64,000 bases of DNA from Octopus sinensis (lineage: Eukaryota), in NCBI RefSeq assembly GCF_006345805.1, contig NC_043006.1, forward strand, positions 24,552,001-24,616,000, read 5' to 3'. Shown in pieces: positions 25,801-38,691 of this stretch; position 1 is the stretch's first letter, and every line of letters starts with the position of its first letter. A model generated the notes under the pieces. That model was not told the origin of the DNA. It did not search any database and was given only the letters and a program-made list of their open reading frames with translations. Made by a program: the position numbers and the translations under genes.

Positions 25801-26420
25801 CAGAGGGGGAGTAGAGGCTAGAGAGGTAATGAGAGATACAGGGAGGTAGAGATGGAGAAACACAGAGGGGGGAAATAGGGAAAGAAAGAGGGAGATATGA
25901 AGGAAAGAGAGAGGTGCTATGAAAGAAATAGAGAGGGTGATATGAGGAAAGCAAGGAAGTGTGGTGTGTTAAAGAGACAGAGGAATGTAGAGGAAAGGGA
26001 GAGAAAGAGAGACAATGTGAGGGAGAGGAGGGGAATAGAAAGAGAGACAGTGAAGGAGAAGAGGGGAAGAGAAAGAGAGGCAGAGTGAAGGAGAGGAGGG
26101 AAAGAGAAAGAGAGACAGAGGGAGGGAGAGGATAGCAAGAGAAAGAGAGACAGAGTGAGGGAGAAATGGAGTGAGAAGAATGGGCAAATGAGAAGTATAT
26201 GAGTGAGAGGGTGAGGTGATAGGAGGAGAGGTAGATGTGAGATGGAAAGGAAAGAGAAGTGAGAAAAGAGGAGGATATGAAAGGGAAGGAGAGGGATGAG
26301 AAAAAGAGTAAGATATGCAAGAGAGAGGGAAAGAGTAGGCGTAAAGAGAGATAAAAGAAGGGAGAGAGGAGCTGGAAATGGGGAGATATATGTAAGGAAA
26401 GAGAGAGGAAGACGCAGATA
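25800..26420. repeat. Purine-rich (GA/GGA) low-complexity tract
   Basis: About 600 bp of mainly G/A on the plus strand; source of several spurious ORFs. Confidence 0.9.
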
Positions 26421-27021
26421 TTAAGAAAGTGGGGAAACGAAAAAAATATATAATTCTAAACTAATTACGATTATATTTCTAAATAATTTTAAAGAGATAA
26501 AGTGAAAAATAGATTGAAAGCGAAGTGGATGCTGTAACAGAAGTTGAAAGAAAATTATTCTCAGAGAGTAAACAAAGATGAAGTCGTAACTCGGATGTTA
26601 CCTTAAATTAAAGGAAAATAAACAAACGAAAAAGATACTTATTCGCAAGAGGTAAAATTCCAAATCCTTGTTCTTGTACGAAGAAGTTTTCTTTCAAAAC
26701 AGAAAAGAAAACAATTCTTTTTGCTTCTTACATTCGGCTGGAAATAAGCATACGACTTGCCACCACGTGCATTTTCGACAAAAAATCTCACATGCATAAC
26801 TGACTTTAATGTATTATATTTGACTTGAAGCGAAATATATTACGGTTTTTAATTAATATATTTTTGTAGACCGTTTTGAGATAACAAGTTCTACGTTTTT
26901 GTCAGATTTAGTAGATTATTTCGTCGATTTATGCAACCATGCAACCCCTTTTTGGTGGTTTCAGAGAGCGAAAGAAAACAGGTCTTTCTTCTACAAAAGC
27001 GGAAGAATATATATATATATA

Positions 27022-27074
<53 letters not shown>

Positions 27075-27214
27075 AAAAAATATAAAAATACAAAATGGGA
27101 CAAGAAAGCAAAACATTCAAATAGACGACACAAAAAAACGGCCGGGTCATTCGAAGCCTCTAATCTTCAGTCAAGAACCGGATCATCCTCGCAAGTTCGG
27201 CCAATTATATATAT

Positions 27215-30200
27215 ATATATATATATGTCACCTTGACCAACCAGTCCGTCTTGGCGTCCATTTGACACCACTGGTCACAGCACACTGTCTACTCCTCTCC
27301 GGATCGCGCCTTTCTCATCCATATGATCCCAATCATCCTCCTGAAATAGTAACTCTACTGTCGTGGAGGCCTTCCGAGTGCTTGTATCTGCTCGTGTGGG
27401 TACCACTCAACAACTGTGCGGGTCCACCGATTATTGGTGAGCCGGGCGATATTTCCAGCCCATCTAAACTTGCTGCATGTATATTCTGCGATGACATCCC
27501 TCACGCCGGACTTCTCTCTGATGACCTTGCTACTGATGTGCTCTCTCAACGAGATTCCAAGCATTGACCTTTCCATGGCTGTTTGAACCATTACTAGTAT
27601 CTGCTCTTCTCACTTTGTTGTAGCCCATGTTTCACTACCATATAACATTGCAGGTAGAACTGTTGATGAGTTTGGCACAGGTGGTCCTGTCCAACCTTCC
27701 CTTGAGCACATCCCTTATGCCATTAAATGCCTTCCATCCGGCCCTTACTCTCCATGAGATCTCCTTTTCGATATCTCGGCACATTTTCACTTCCTGTCCC
27801 AGGTAGACATATTCCTTTACTTCCTCTATTTCATCACTGCCGATCACCATTCGACCTGTTGGTACATTGTCTGACCGCATGAACTTCGTTTTCATACGGT
27901 TCATCGAGACCTACTGCAGAGCTTTTGATGTTGATCTCCGTCAGCATGGTCTGAAGCTGATCCATGTTTCAGTGATGATTACGATGTTGTCAGCGAAACA
28001 GAGGTGGATGAGGAGCTCGCCATTGATGTTGACACCACCTTGCCAGTCGATGCCTCTGATGATCTGCTCGAGACATGCGGTGAAAAGTTTTGGAGAGATC
28101 GTATCTCTTTGCTTCACTCCCTTCTCGACCGGCACTTGTACGGGTGATAACAGCAGAGCTATGTCAGTGGTGCATCCGGAATTTGCCTCCCTGAGCAGTT
28201 GCACACATTGCGCCTCGACTCCTTGCCTCTGCAGCGAGTTCAGCACTGTGTTGGTTTTGATGCTGTCGAAGGCCTTCTCATAGTCTAAAAACGCAATGCA
28301 AAGAGGCAGCTTGTACTCATTCACTCGCTCAAGCAGTTGTGTTAGAGTAAATATATGGTCCATCGTGCTGTAGTTCTTCCGGAAGCCTGCTTGTTCCCTC
28401 GGTTGTTTGTCGAGATGTCATGATAACCTGTTCAGAATTATCTTTGTGAACAGCTTGTACACGTGAGACAGCAGGCATATGGGTCGGTAGTTCTTTAGAT
28501 CTTCTCTATCGCCCTTCTTATATAGCAGGATGGTATTTGACTCTTTCCGCTGCGAGGGAATTCTTCCCTCGTCTAGATAGTGCGTGAATCGCTCAGCGAG
28601 GATTTTCCAGAGCTGCTCTCTGCCTGACTTTAATACATCCGATGTTATACCGTCTTTCCCTGGCGCCTTTCTGTTTTTCATCAAGCCAATGGCTCTTTCA
28701 ACCTCACTGACAAGGATAGGTAGCACATTTTCTTCCTGTTGGAGTGGTGGTAACGGCTGGACATTTCTGGTAGATTTAAAGAGCTTGGTGTAGAAGTCTC
28801 TGCAAACTTTTTCCATCTCGCTCTTATCGTTGACTGGTATTCCATCTGTATTTTTCAAGGCCATCACCTCCGATCTATATAGTACCATGTCCCTCTTGAG
28901 GTTCTTCTTTTCCTCTGTGGCCTTCAAGAGCTTCTCCATCCAGTATGCCTCAAAGTCTCTCTTTAGTTGCTGACGAATCACTCTGCTGAGAAGGGAATAT
29001 TCAAGGTGATCTTCAATAGTCCTCTTCATATCTTTCCTCTTCTTGAGTAACTTAATAGTTTCTTCCGAGATTCTTCCCTTCTTCTCTCTTAAACATACTC
29101 CCTTACCCTTCCTTAAACACTCCTTCAGTTTCCCTATCAGTGAGATGTAGTCATTGTCTATGTCATCTCTTTGGCACCAGTTTTCCTGCATGATGGCTTC
29201 CTGCTGCTTCACCTCATTGTAGACTCGGACACGTTTTCCCTTCGAAGCAAATACAGCGCCACCTTCTCCCTCTTCTCGTTGATGACGACCCTCGTCCTCA
29301 CCAGACGATGATCGCTGCCGGTGTTGAATGGTGTCACGACGGAGACGTCATGTAATTTGAGTCGCTTATCAACCAGGATGTAGTCAATCTCACTTCGGTG
29401 CTTAGAGTTCGGCGATATCCAGGTCCATCTCTTCCTCTCCCTCAATAGGCTCTTTCCGATGTAGAGTCGCCTCGCCTCGGCCATGGTAGCCAAACGTTCT
29501 CCTCTCTCGTTTCTCTCTCCTATGCCGAATCTCCTGACGTACTCTTCCCCTTGTCATCCATGTCCAACATTTGCGTTGAAGTCTCCCATCATGACAGTGT
29601 AAGTGAACTTCACAGCCAGCCCTTCGTCTAGCTGTCGATAGAATTCTTCCACCTCGTCGTCATCACTGGCACTTGTGGAAGGTAACAAAATAATTTGATA
29701 AAAAATGTGAATTTTTAATTATTTTCTGAGATTTTACAAAAACACCAAAACACCAATCCATGATGATATGAACTGACAAGAAGCGACCCTCGAAGCCCAT
29801 TCCTTACTTACGATGAATCCGATACCTCCGACCAATCTAGTACCTTCTGCTCTCCCTAATCTCACAGTGCATCCATCTTGCCATCGTATACTCACTTCCT
29901 TCTTGCAACATGTCTCGCACAGCCCTAACACGTCGCACCTGATCTTCTTCCTCTCCTCCATTAGGTGGTTCAGTTCTTTCCACCCTGCCAAGGACCTGCA
30001 GTTGTAGGTGCATATGGCAAGGTTAGTCCTGTTCCATGACGGCCCTCGGGAACCTGTGATTCTTAGCAGCCTCACGTTGCTCGGGTTGTAATCCGCTGTC
30101 ATGGAGTGGCCCAATTGACGTGCAGGGAACTGAGGCCCTTTTCTTTTTCTCTTCATTCTTCATGCTGTTTTAGCCATAAGATGACGTCATCCCACTGGCT

Positions 30201-30375
30201 GGGCAGGCAGGCCGGCATTTTGTTGGATGGCTGTTGACTGTTCAGGAGTTCATCCAACCTTTGATGGGTCTCATTTTTCACTCCACAGGATGTCCAACAG
30301 CACCCTCCTCACCAAGTGAGCCTGGTGGGGTTGTCAGTTTAGTCACCGACATCCCGACCATGCAACAGGTTGTAC
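27215..30375 (-). mobile_element. Near-full-length RTE LINE of a second family (RTE-1-like, no PHD), frameshifted
   Basis: ICTYNCRSLA..DVLGLCET; MGDFNA; EIDYILV; GSDHRLV; KAPGKDGIT; NYRPICLLS; FLDYEKAFDS; GVKQ.DTISPKLF; LCFADNIV; 5' UTR at about 30150-30375; 3' end abuts (AT)n. Confidence 0.9.
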
Positions 30376-30419
30376 TCAATTACATGTTACCAGTCGCACT
30401 CTAGAGTAATCTGACATAA

Positions 30420-30424
<5 letters not shown>

Positions 30425-30451
<27 letters not shown>

Positions 30452-32090
30452 GTGTGTATATATATATATAAAGTGGAGAAGAGAAGGATAATGGTGTGGG
30501 AATCTCTCAACTGGAAGGTTCTGAGAATCCAGGAACACATTCTGCGGACCATGTCAACTTTATTGCTTATATGTGTAGCCCAGCTTATGTTGTTGTCCAC
30601 TGTTACTCCCAAGTCTGTGATGTTGTTAGATGCCATGAGAATTTCACCAGAAGGGAGTATGAGTGTTTCAGAGTGTCCTCCCTTCCAAAGTGGATCAGTT
30701 CGAATTTGTCTTCATTTAGCAACATGTTCTTTTCCGCCCATTGGACAACAGCCAGTAGTCTGACTGAAGGCTTATCCGGTCATCCACGCCATTGATGACC
30801 TTCTGGAGCTTGGAAGCATGAGCGAAGATTCTGATGTTACTGTGTTTGATGATATCAGTAATGTCATTTATGTAGATGATGAAGAGAAGTGGGCCCAACA
30901 CAGTGTCTTGTGGGACACCACTACTGACTTTGTCTGGGCTGGATTTGACTCCTTCGACTACAACATGTTGGGTTCTGTTTGACAGGAAGCATTTGATCCA
31001 CTGCAGCAGCTTTCCAGTGACACCAATATTGGACAACTTTCTCAAAAGGATCTTATGATCAACCCTGTCAAAGGCCTTGCTGAAATCAAGGTAGATAACA
31101 TCAGTGTTGGAACCCTCTCCCAAGGCTCTCAAAATGTCATCAAAATGATGATGCCTGTGCCAGGCAATCCCTTCCATTACGGAATCCATGCTGGTTGGAG
31201 TTCAGCATATTATGACTCTCAAGGAAGTGAGTCATTCGCGATCTCACCACTCTCTCAAATACTTTAATAATATAGGAGGTGAGTGAGATTGGACAGTAAT
31301 TCACAGCAAGGAATTTGTTTCCTTTTTTGAAAACTGGGACAGCAGACTGGGATAGGTTTTCTGGTATATATCCAGCATCCAGTGAGTTCCGCCACAGATT
31401 AACTAGAGTGGGTGCAAGTTGGTGTTGACACATCTTCAAGACACAAGCAGGGAACCTATCGGGACCTACTGCTGAATTATGCTTGATTTTCTTTATTGCT
31501 GCTAAGACATCAGGGGCGCCAAAGGTTATGTCCGATAAAGTATATTGGGGAGTAACATCAATGATACAGCCCAGATCAGTCATATCAGGATATCTGAAAA
31601 CAGAGCAGTATTGTTTCTGCAGCACCTTTCCCATGGTTTTGGCATTGTCTTGAAGAGTGCCATTTTCATCAAACAGAGGGCCAACAGTAGAGCCAGTGAC
31701 TTTGTGTTTTTTTGCAAATGAAAATAACACTTTGGGATTAAGTTTGATCTTCTCAATGGCCCAGGCCTCTTCGGCTCATCTCTGACTATTGATGATAGAC
31801 ATCATGCTGTTTTGGAGGTTATGTTTTTTTAGTCTCTAGTGACGTGATGGCAGTCAGGTTGGTGTGTTGCTGTTGAGAGTATTTCAGTTTGTTGATTTTT
31901 TTGTTAATTCTTTTGATTTTCCTGATGAGTGTTTTTCTATTTCTAGGGATTCTGCACTTAGATTTGTTTACAGATCTTAATGGGGTGTGTTTTGCACATA
32001 TGTTTGTAATAGTGTCTACAATGACTGCCAGGACTTTTTGATGTTAGTTGGTGTGTATGTGTGCGTGAAGGACCAATCGACTTGTGCAAG
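30425..32090 (-). mobile_element. CR1-clade LINE RT fragment
   Basis: SAVGPDRFP; VPVFKKG..NYCPISLTS; NQHGFRNGRDCL; DVIYLDFSKAFDRVDH; SGVPQDTVLGPLLFIIYIND. Confidence 0.9.
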
Positions 32091-32109
32091 ATCATTACTG
32101 ATCGCTATA

Positions 32110-33194
32110 TATATATATATATATATAATCTCTTATTATTGTGTTTTCTTATTTTGATATCTTTACCTCTTAACCTCTTATCTCTTACAAGTTATCAATG
32201 TTCTTAAAGAGAAATATAAGCTTTCTAGTTACTTAAGTCTAGTAGCGTTGATTACAACATACCCATAATAAAGTACAAATATTTGTGTATATTTGCATGT
32301 GTGCGCATAGTTAAATATGTGAATGTATCTGTGCTCAACTCCCCCCCCACCATTTTTTTTTATTCTTAGCTTATAACTAATATAAAGATAATATGATTTA
32401 TTGCCCCAGGATTCCGTAAGTAAATACCCAGAGCAATCTTTATAGAAAACACCTTATAAGTAAATAACTAAGCACAGGAATGAATATTAAACTAGTTCTA
32501 TGTAATCTTCCCTTTCTAATGTTGAAAATTGGTATATATGCACAGTTTATCTATTCTGGTTATAATATCACTTTTAGTAAACGTAAATTTTATCTTCATA
32601 CAACATAATATTGTTTATATACAATCATCCATTGTACCCCATGATAATTTCCTCTGTATTAACATCATAGGTTTTATTAGCATTTTGCCCCTTTAACCGG
32701 TAATTAACATCTTGATTTAGGGTCTTCCCTTACCCAGCCTCCTTTTATAGACAGTTACTTATACATTTTCTATATCCTGACAATATTTATGACCATACCC
32801 AGCTATAAACTGTCAACTCACTCTGTCTATCCATTCTAAACAGACACTGTCATCTAGCCTTAGATTTGGTAGCTGATAAAAAAAAGACTAATAAATTAAA
32901 AGTGAACCACAATCATTTACAAACTACCACCCTAACAAACTTCATACAGTTCTTAGAAGCATAGTATATTCTGAGTCATATTAGTAGCAACATGGACTTT
33001 CTCCCTCCTCTTGCTCTATTACAGAATTTGAGTAAAATTATATTAATGTGTCCAACTGATTAAAAAAATCTATTTATTTATGCAGCTGAGGATAGCCCTG
33101 CATTTAAATTGATGTAATGATTGTATTGTTCAAGTAAATGGAGCCACTTGAAACGGTTGCACTACATTACCTCTTGATATTCTGTTGCTTATTT

Positions 33195-33229
<35 letters not shown>

Positions 33230-34560
33230 GAAAATTACTAACTGGAACCCGGATATACATATATACCGCTCTGGATCCGAATGTAAGCGTTATTAATAAT
33301 ATTATGAATGATAATAATGATAACATTAATGGTATTGACAACGATAATGATGCTAACTTTAATGACACTTTAGAAATTATTATGAAGTAATATAATGTAC
33401 AATTGACTATGTATATTTGCATCTAGGTACTAATTTGTGTATGTTTATTATCACAATATTAAGTCGAAAAACTAAGACATTGAATGTGAAACACATATAT
33501 ATGTTTACTAATTTATATTATTTATTTATATCATTATGTATATGTATATTTTTATATGTATAGGAGTGTGAGTATATGCACTCATATGTATATGTTGTAT
33601 TATGGGTATGCACCCACACCAATGTGGGTATATATGTAGACTGAGTTATATTACATAATCTCCGAAGAGGCATTATGATATTTTTGTAAATGTCTCATTT
33701 ATATCTATATATTGACCAACCATAAAGGGCTAATATTGATAAAATGAGACATACTTATCTACATGGCCGAAACAGCTGTAAGATGCAATCTATACTTATA
33801 TTCTCTTTTATATATATTCCACTTATTATACAACATTACTCTTTTATGTACACTTTTTTATGTACATTCCTTTATGCACACTGATTTGTTCTGCTCTTTA
33901 TATTTAACCCTACAGTCTCTTATGTAGTGGTTTAATAAAGTATGTGATTGAGTATTATCTGGTAATTGATATTTGATTTAGATGCATTTCTCCATTTTCT
34001 TATCTTGTATATATATATAAAAGCAATTATAAGTGCCATACTTGAACTTGAAGGTGGAAATTAATTTTGGTGTCATATCCGCTATAAACCTACCCTCTCG
34101 CGTCAAATATAATAAAATCATGGGATATTATTGTATATGGTGAATTAAACTGCATTGTATATGTTATAAGCTATGTGTTATGGTATGTGGTGTGCTATAT
34201 GTAATTACTATCCCATGGTAATTCCTGCCTAGTTAGTTTGACTTCATCATAATTTTAGTGATTACACTATTTTTCCCCTACTGATCATATTATATTTGTA
34301 ATGACTTTATGTATGTAAGTCTCCTGACTAATTATATACCCCCTAGAAACTACAAAATCATATATACAATAGCACCTATAACATTACAACTTATAAAATG
34401 TATTTCGGTCTAAATATTTCTAACTAACCTCACTACATCCATACCGACTACCACCTCTTTTCTGGTCACCTTTATCTCTTCTATACCTCAAATTTTAATC
34501 CTGTCTTTTTAAATGTAGGTTATATGTAAACTTAATCATACAGCAATGCCTGCCACTCAT
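32110..34560 (+). mobile_element. Possible heavily decayed Penelope-like element or pLTR region
   Basis: Very AT-rich block with only faint PLE-like peptide traces; support comes mainly from the PLE-type hammerhead at 33658-33784. Confidence 0.35.
33658..33784 (+). ncRNA. Type I hammerhead motif with elongated stem II (U4-to-C substitution)
   Basis: atct-CCGAAGA-ggc..[atgtctcattt/aaatgagacat hairpin]..gcc-GAAA-cagctg-T-A-agat; palindromic stem III. Confidence 0.55.
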
Positions 34561-35519
34561 GTTTCCATATTAGTTACATCAGTTCATGTAGCAAGTGTTT
34601 TCAGAGAGATACAAATTTAGCTGAAATCATATTCTACATGTTGTGTACTTCAACTCTACACTAACGACTAGTAGAAATCAACAAGGAAACTTCTAGGATT
34701 ACTGACCTCACATCATATCCTACTATCCTAAAAAAAGGAAACATTAGATAATGTAGATCAAATGTAGACAAAATGTCCCAGAGAAAATAACAGGATGGCT
34801 CTGGTTACTATGAGTGGAATGTCTTTGATCATAAGTCTGCTTGTTCTACACAACATTTGTTCACTAATATTAAGTTCCTCTTGCAAATAAAATATTTTGC
34901 TGATGGTGAGGGCCTTGATAACCTAGTCCAGATAATATTTTAAATAGAACCAGGCTGGACTGGTTCAACCATATTAATGAAGTAACCTAAATAAATAAAC
35001 TCCAATGAGAATTCAATCCTCTGTAAGGCTTTCCTCACTGTAACCATTCACTCCACAATGGATGTAGTATATATCTCAACTATTTTAGCTTCAGTCCTAA
35101 GACTCACAAGCCACTGAACTTACAGTGGGGTTTCTGAATTACCAATAAGCTACATAATGTGCAAAACTTCCAAATTTTACTAAGGGAACAAATTAAAAAT
35201 ATGTTTTTTGTACTTTGATAGGTCATTTTCTTGCAATAGTTCATCAGATATAACAGTATATACTTAGCATTTGCAGACACAACTTTTTTGCTGCTTCAGT
35301 TTATTCTGATAAGCACACCTAATCTATAGTTTCAGTGCTTGTACATAGTAACAAGAACAAAACTAAAACAGTGAAATAACATTTACAAACTGACTTCACA
35401 CAAAATAGATATTTTTTTCACTTTCTTTTCAGGTACATGACACGGCTGCCCCTCATCCCAGGGTCTCAGATGCCCACACCTCCCACACCCTCAGAGTTGG
35501 CACACTCAATGTTGGCACA

Positions 35520-38510
35520 TTGAAAGGTAGGTCTGGAGAGATTGTAGAGCTGCTTGAACGGAGACGTGTGGATGTATGTTGTATCCAGGAAGTAAGGTGG
35601 AGAGGAGGTTCCGCTAGGCTCCTCACAGGCAAGGAACACAGGTACAAGATTTTCTGGGCAGGGAACACTGACGGGGTCGGGGGCGTGGGTATACTTCTTG
35701 CAGAGAAATGGGTAGGTAAGGTAATTGAGGTAGTCAGAGTAAGTGACAGAGTAATTAAAATTTGATTAGTCCTTCACCACAGGACAGTTACCATCATCTC
35801 AGCATATGCCCCTCAACCAGGGCTACCGGAAGGACAAAAAGACCAATTCTATGACACCCTATTGCGAACTACCTCGTTGACAAATGACAGTGACCTTCTC
35901 TTCGTGGCAGGTGATTTCAATGGACATGTCGGACGGCATGTCGGGGGCTTCCATGGAGGCTACGGTTTCGGCTCTCGTAATGAGGAGGGAACCAGGCTGC
36001 TGGAGTTCTGCGATGCAAATGACCTTATGGTCTGCAATACCAACTTCAGGAAACTCTACTCTCACCTAGTCACCTACCGTTCTGGCAGACACACCAGCCA
36101 GATTGACTACATCCTTGCCAGAAAAAGGGAAAGAGGGCTGATTATAAATGCCAAAACCTTTCCAGGCGAAGAATGCACTCCTCAACATAGATTAGTAGTT
36201 AGCGACTTCAGGATCAGAGCTAAATGGTTGCCCAGAAGAAGACCTGCTTGGAGGAGAAGGGTCTGGAAGCTTAAAGATCCTGCAAATGGACAGAGATTTA
36301 GAGACATACTACTCGAAGCCTTTGACGAAATAGAAGGGGATATAGCTTCACTTAATGTGGAAGACAACTGGAGATTTCTACGGGACAATCTGCTGACAGC
36401 CACTGACCAGATCTGTGGATGGAGCAAAGTACCATCTCAACCCAGAGTAACATGGTGGTGGAACACTGTGGTTGACAGGGCTATTAGACAAAAGAGACAG
36501 GCTTGGAAGGACTGGAAGAACGGTGGTAGCAGGGAATTGTATCAGACAGCCAGAAGGGAAGCTAGGAGACAGGTTTATTTAGCCAGAGGGGAAGCGGATA
36601 AGAAAAAATTTGCCAATGTTCTGCGCCATGAGGATGAAAGACTTGAGGTATTTCGTGTTGCAAGGCAGTGTGTGAGAGAGAATCGTGATGTGGTAGGAGA
36701 GAAGCATGTTCGCATGGATGATGGTTCACTTGCGCTAAATGAGGATGCAAAGAGAGAGGTTTGGAGATGCCACTATGAAAGGTTGCTGAATAAAGAAAAT
36801 GAATGGGATAAGGAGAGTCTGCCGAATGTTGACCCAACAGAGGGACCAGCTATCCGAGTTGATAGTTCCGTGGTAGCTAAGGCAATTAGAAGCATGAAGA
36901 CAGGGAAAGCCCCAGGCCCATCAGGAATTACTGCAGAGATGCTCAAAATATCTGGCAGTGTCGGCTAAAGCCTAGTCACCCGTATAGTCAACCAGGTGAT
37001 ACACGAAGGAGTCATACCCAATGACTGGTGTAGCAGCGTACTAGTCAACTGCTACAAAGGTAAAGGTGATGCCCTAGATACAAATAATTACAGAGGTATC
37101 AAGCTGTTGGATCAGGCAATGAAGGTTACGGAGAGGGTCATAGCCCAACTAATTAGAGAGAGAGTTAGTTTAGATGAGATGCAGTTTGGGTTTGTGCCAG
37201 GGAAAAGCACCACTGATGCTATATTCCTGGTAAGGCAGCTGCAGGAGAAATACCTAGCCAAAGATAAGCCCCTGTACCTGGCTTTCGTTGACATGGAGAA
37301 AGCCTTTGATAGGGTCCCCCGATCCCTCATCTGGTGGGCAATGAGGAAACTAGGGATAGATGAATGGCTGGTGAGGGCTGTGCAAGCTATGTACAGAGAT
37401 GCCGTAAGCAAGGTTAGGGTTGGCAACATGTACACAGAAGAATTCAAAGTAGAGGTTGGGGTCCACCAGGGTTCAGTACTCAGCCCCCTCCTATTTATCA
37501 TAGTCCTCCAGGCAATAACAGAGGAATTCAAGACAGGTTGCCCCTGGGAGCTCCTCTATGCTGACGACCTCGCTCTAATTGCTGAGTCACTATCAGAACT
37601 GGAGGAGAAGTTCCAGGTGTGGAAGGAGGGTTTAGAATCGAGGGGCCTTAGAGTCAACCTAGCTAAAACCAAAGTACTAATAAGTAGAAAGGTAGGCAAT
37701 CCACAAATGTCCTCAGGAAGATGGCCCTGCTCGATCCGTAGAAAAGGTGTAGGTAGAAACTCTATAAGATGTACCCAGTGTAAGCTATGGACACATAAGA
37801 GGCGCAGCAATGTCAAAGGTAGGCTAACTGGGAAGATAGTTTTTATATGTGGCAGATGCTCGGGAGCATTGACCTCCGAAAATCTGCAGAAAACAACTTC
37901 CGTCACTTTCCAGGGGAAAAAATTAGAAGTAGTTGATAGTTTCCGTTATCTAGGTGACCAAGTCAGTAGTGGGGGTGGGTGCGCTGAGAGTGTAACTGCT
38001 AGAATAAGAATAGCCTGGGCAAAGTTTAGGGAGCTCTTACCTCTGCTGGTGACTAAAGGCCTCTCGCTCAGAGTAAAGGGCAGACTGTATGATGCATGTG
38101 TTCGAACTGCCATGCTACATGGCAGTGAAACATGGGCCGTGACTGCTGAGGACATGCGTAAGCTCATGAGGAATGAAGCCAGTATGCTCCGATGGATGTG
38201 TAATGTCAGTGTACTTACTCGACAGAGCATTAATTCCCTAAGAGAAATGTGGTACCTAAGAAGCATCAGTTGTTGCGTGCAAGAGAGACGATTGCGCTGG
38301 TATGGTCATGTGGCGAGAATGGATGAAGATAGGTGTGTGAGAAAGTGCCAATCCCTAGCAGTTGAGGGAACCCATGGAAGAGGTAGACCCAGGAAAACCT
38401 GGGACGAGGTGGTGAAGCACGACCTTCGAACGTTAGGTCTCACCATGGAAATGACTAGAGACCGAGACCTATGGAAGTATGCTGTGCGTGTGAAGACCCG
38501 GCAAGACTAG
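35520..38510 (+). pseudogene. RTE ORF2 (AP endonuclease, RT, PHD insert) with two premature stops
   Basis: ORFs 35520-35765, 35862-36968 and 36996-38510 share one frame; stops TGA 35763 and TAA 36966; motifs IQEVRW, GDFNGH, IDYIL, QGSVLSP, YADD, YLGD. Confidence 0.92.
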
Positions 38511-38691
38511 TGAAGCCATAACCCGTGGCCCCTACCTGGGACGTAGTCAGTCCGCCTGTGCATACCTTCCTGCTTGTGACACTTGTGAAGACCTGTTGAG
38601 GCAAATCAAATCAAAGTCAAATCGAATCAAGTCAAACCAAATCAAAATAGATGAACATCAATGGAATTTGTATCCTTGTGGTACCAGTGCC

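Noticed and set aside
27140-27205. Minus-strand ctgaaga...ttcgaa and gccgaa motifs as a hammerhead
   Set aside because: No GAAA with pairable stems I and III in any strand order I could build.
24300-32090. CR1 ORF1/EN (24300-25800) and CR1 RT (30425-32090) as one split element
   Set aside because: On the minus strand the RT piece lies upstream of ORF1, which is the wrong order; separate insertions.
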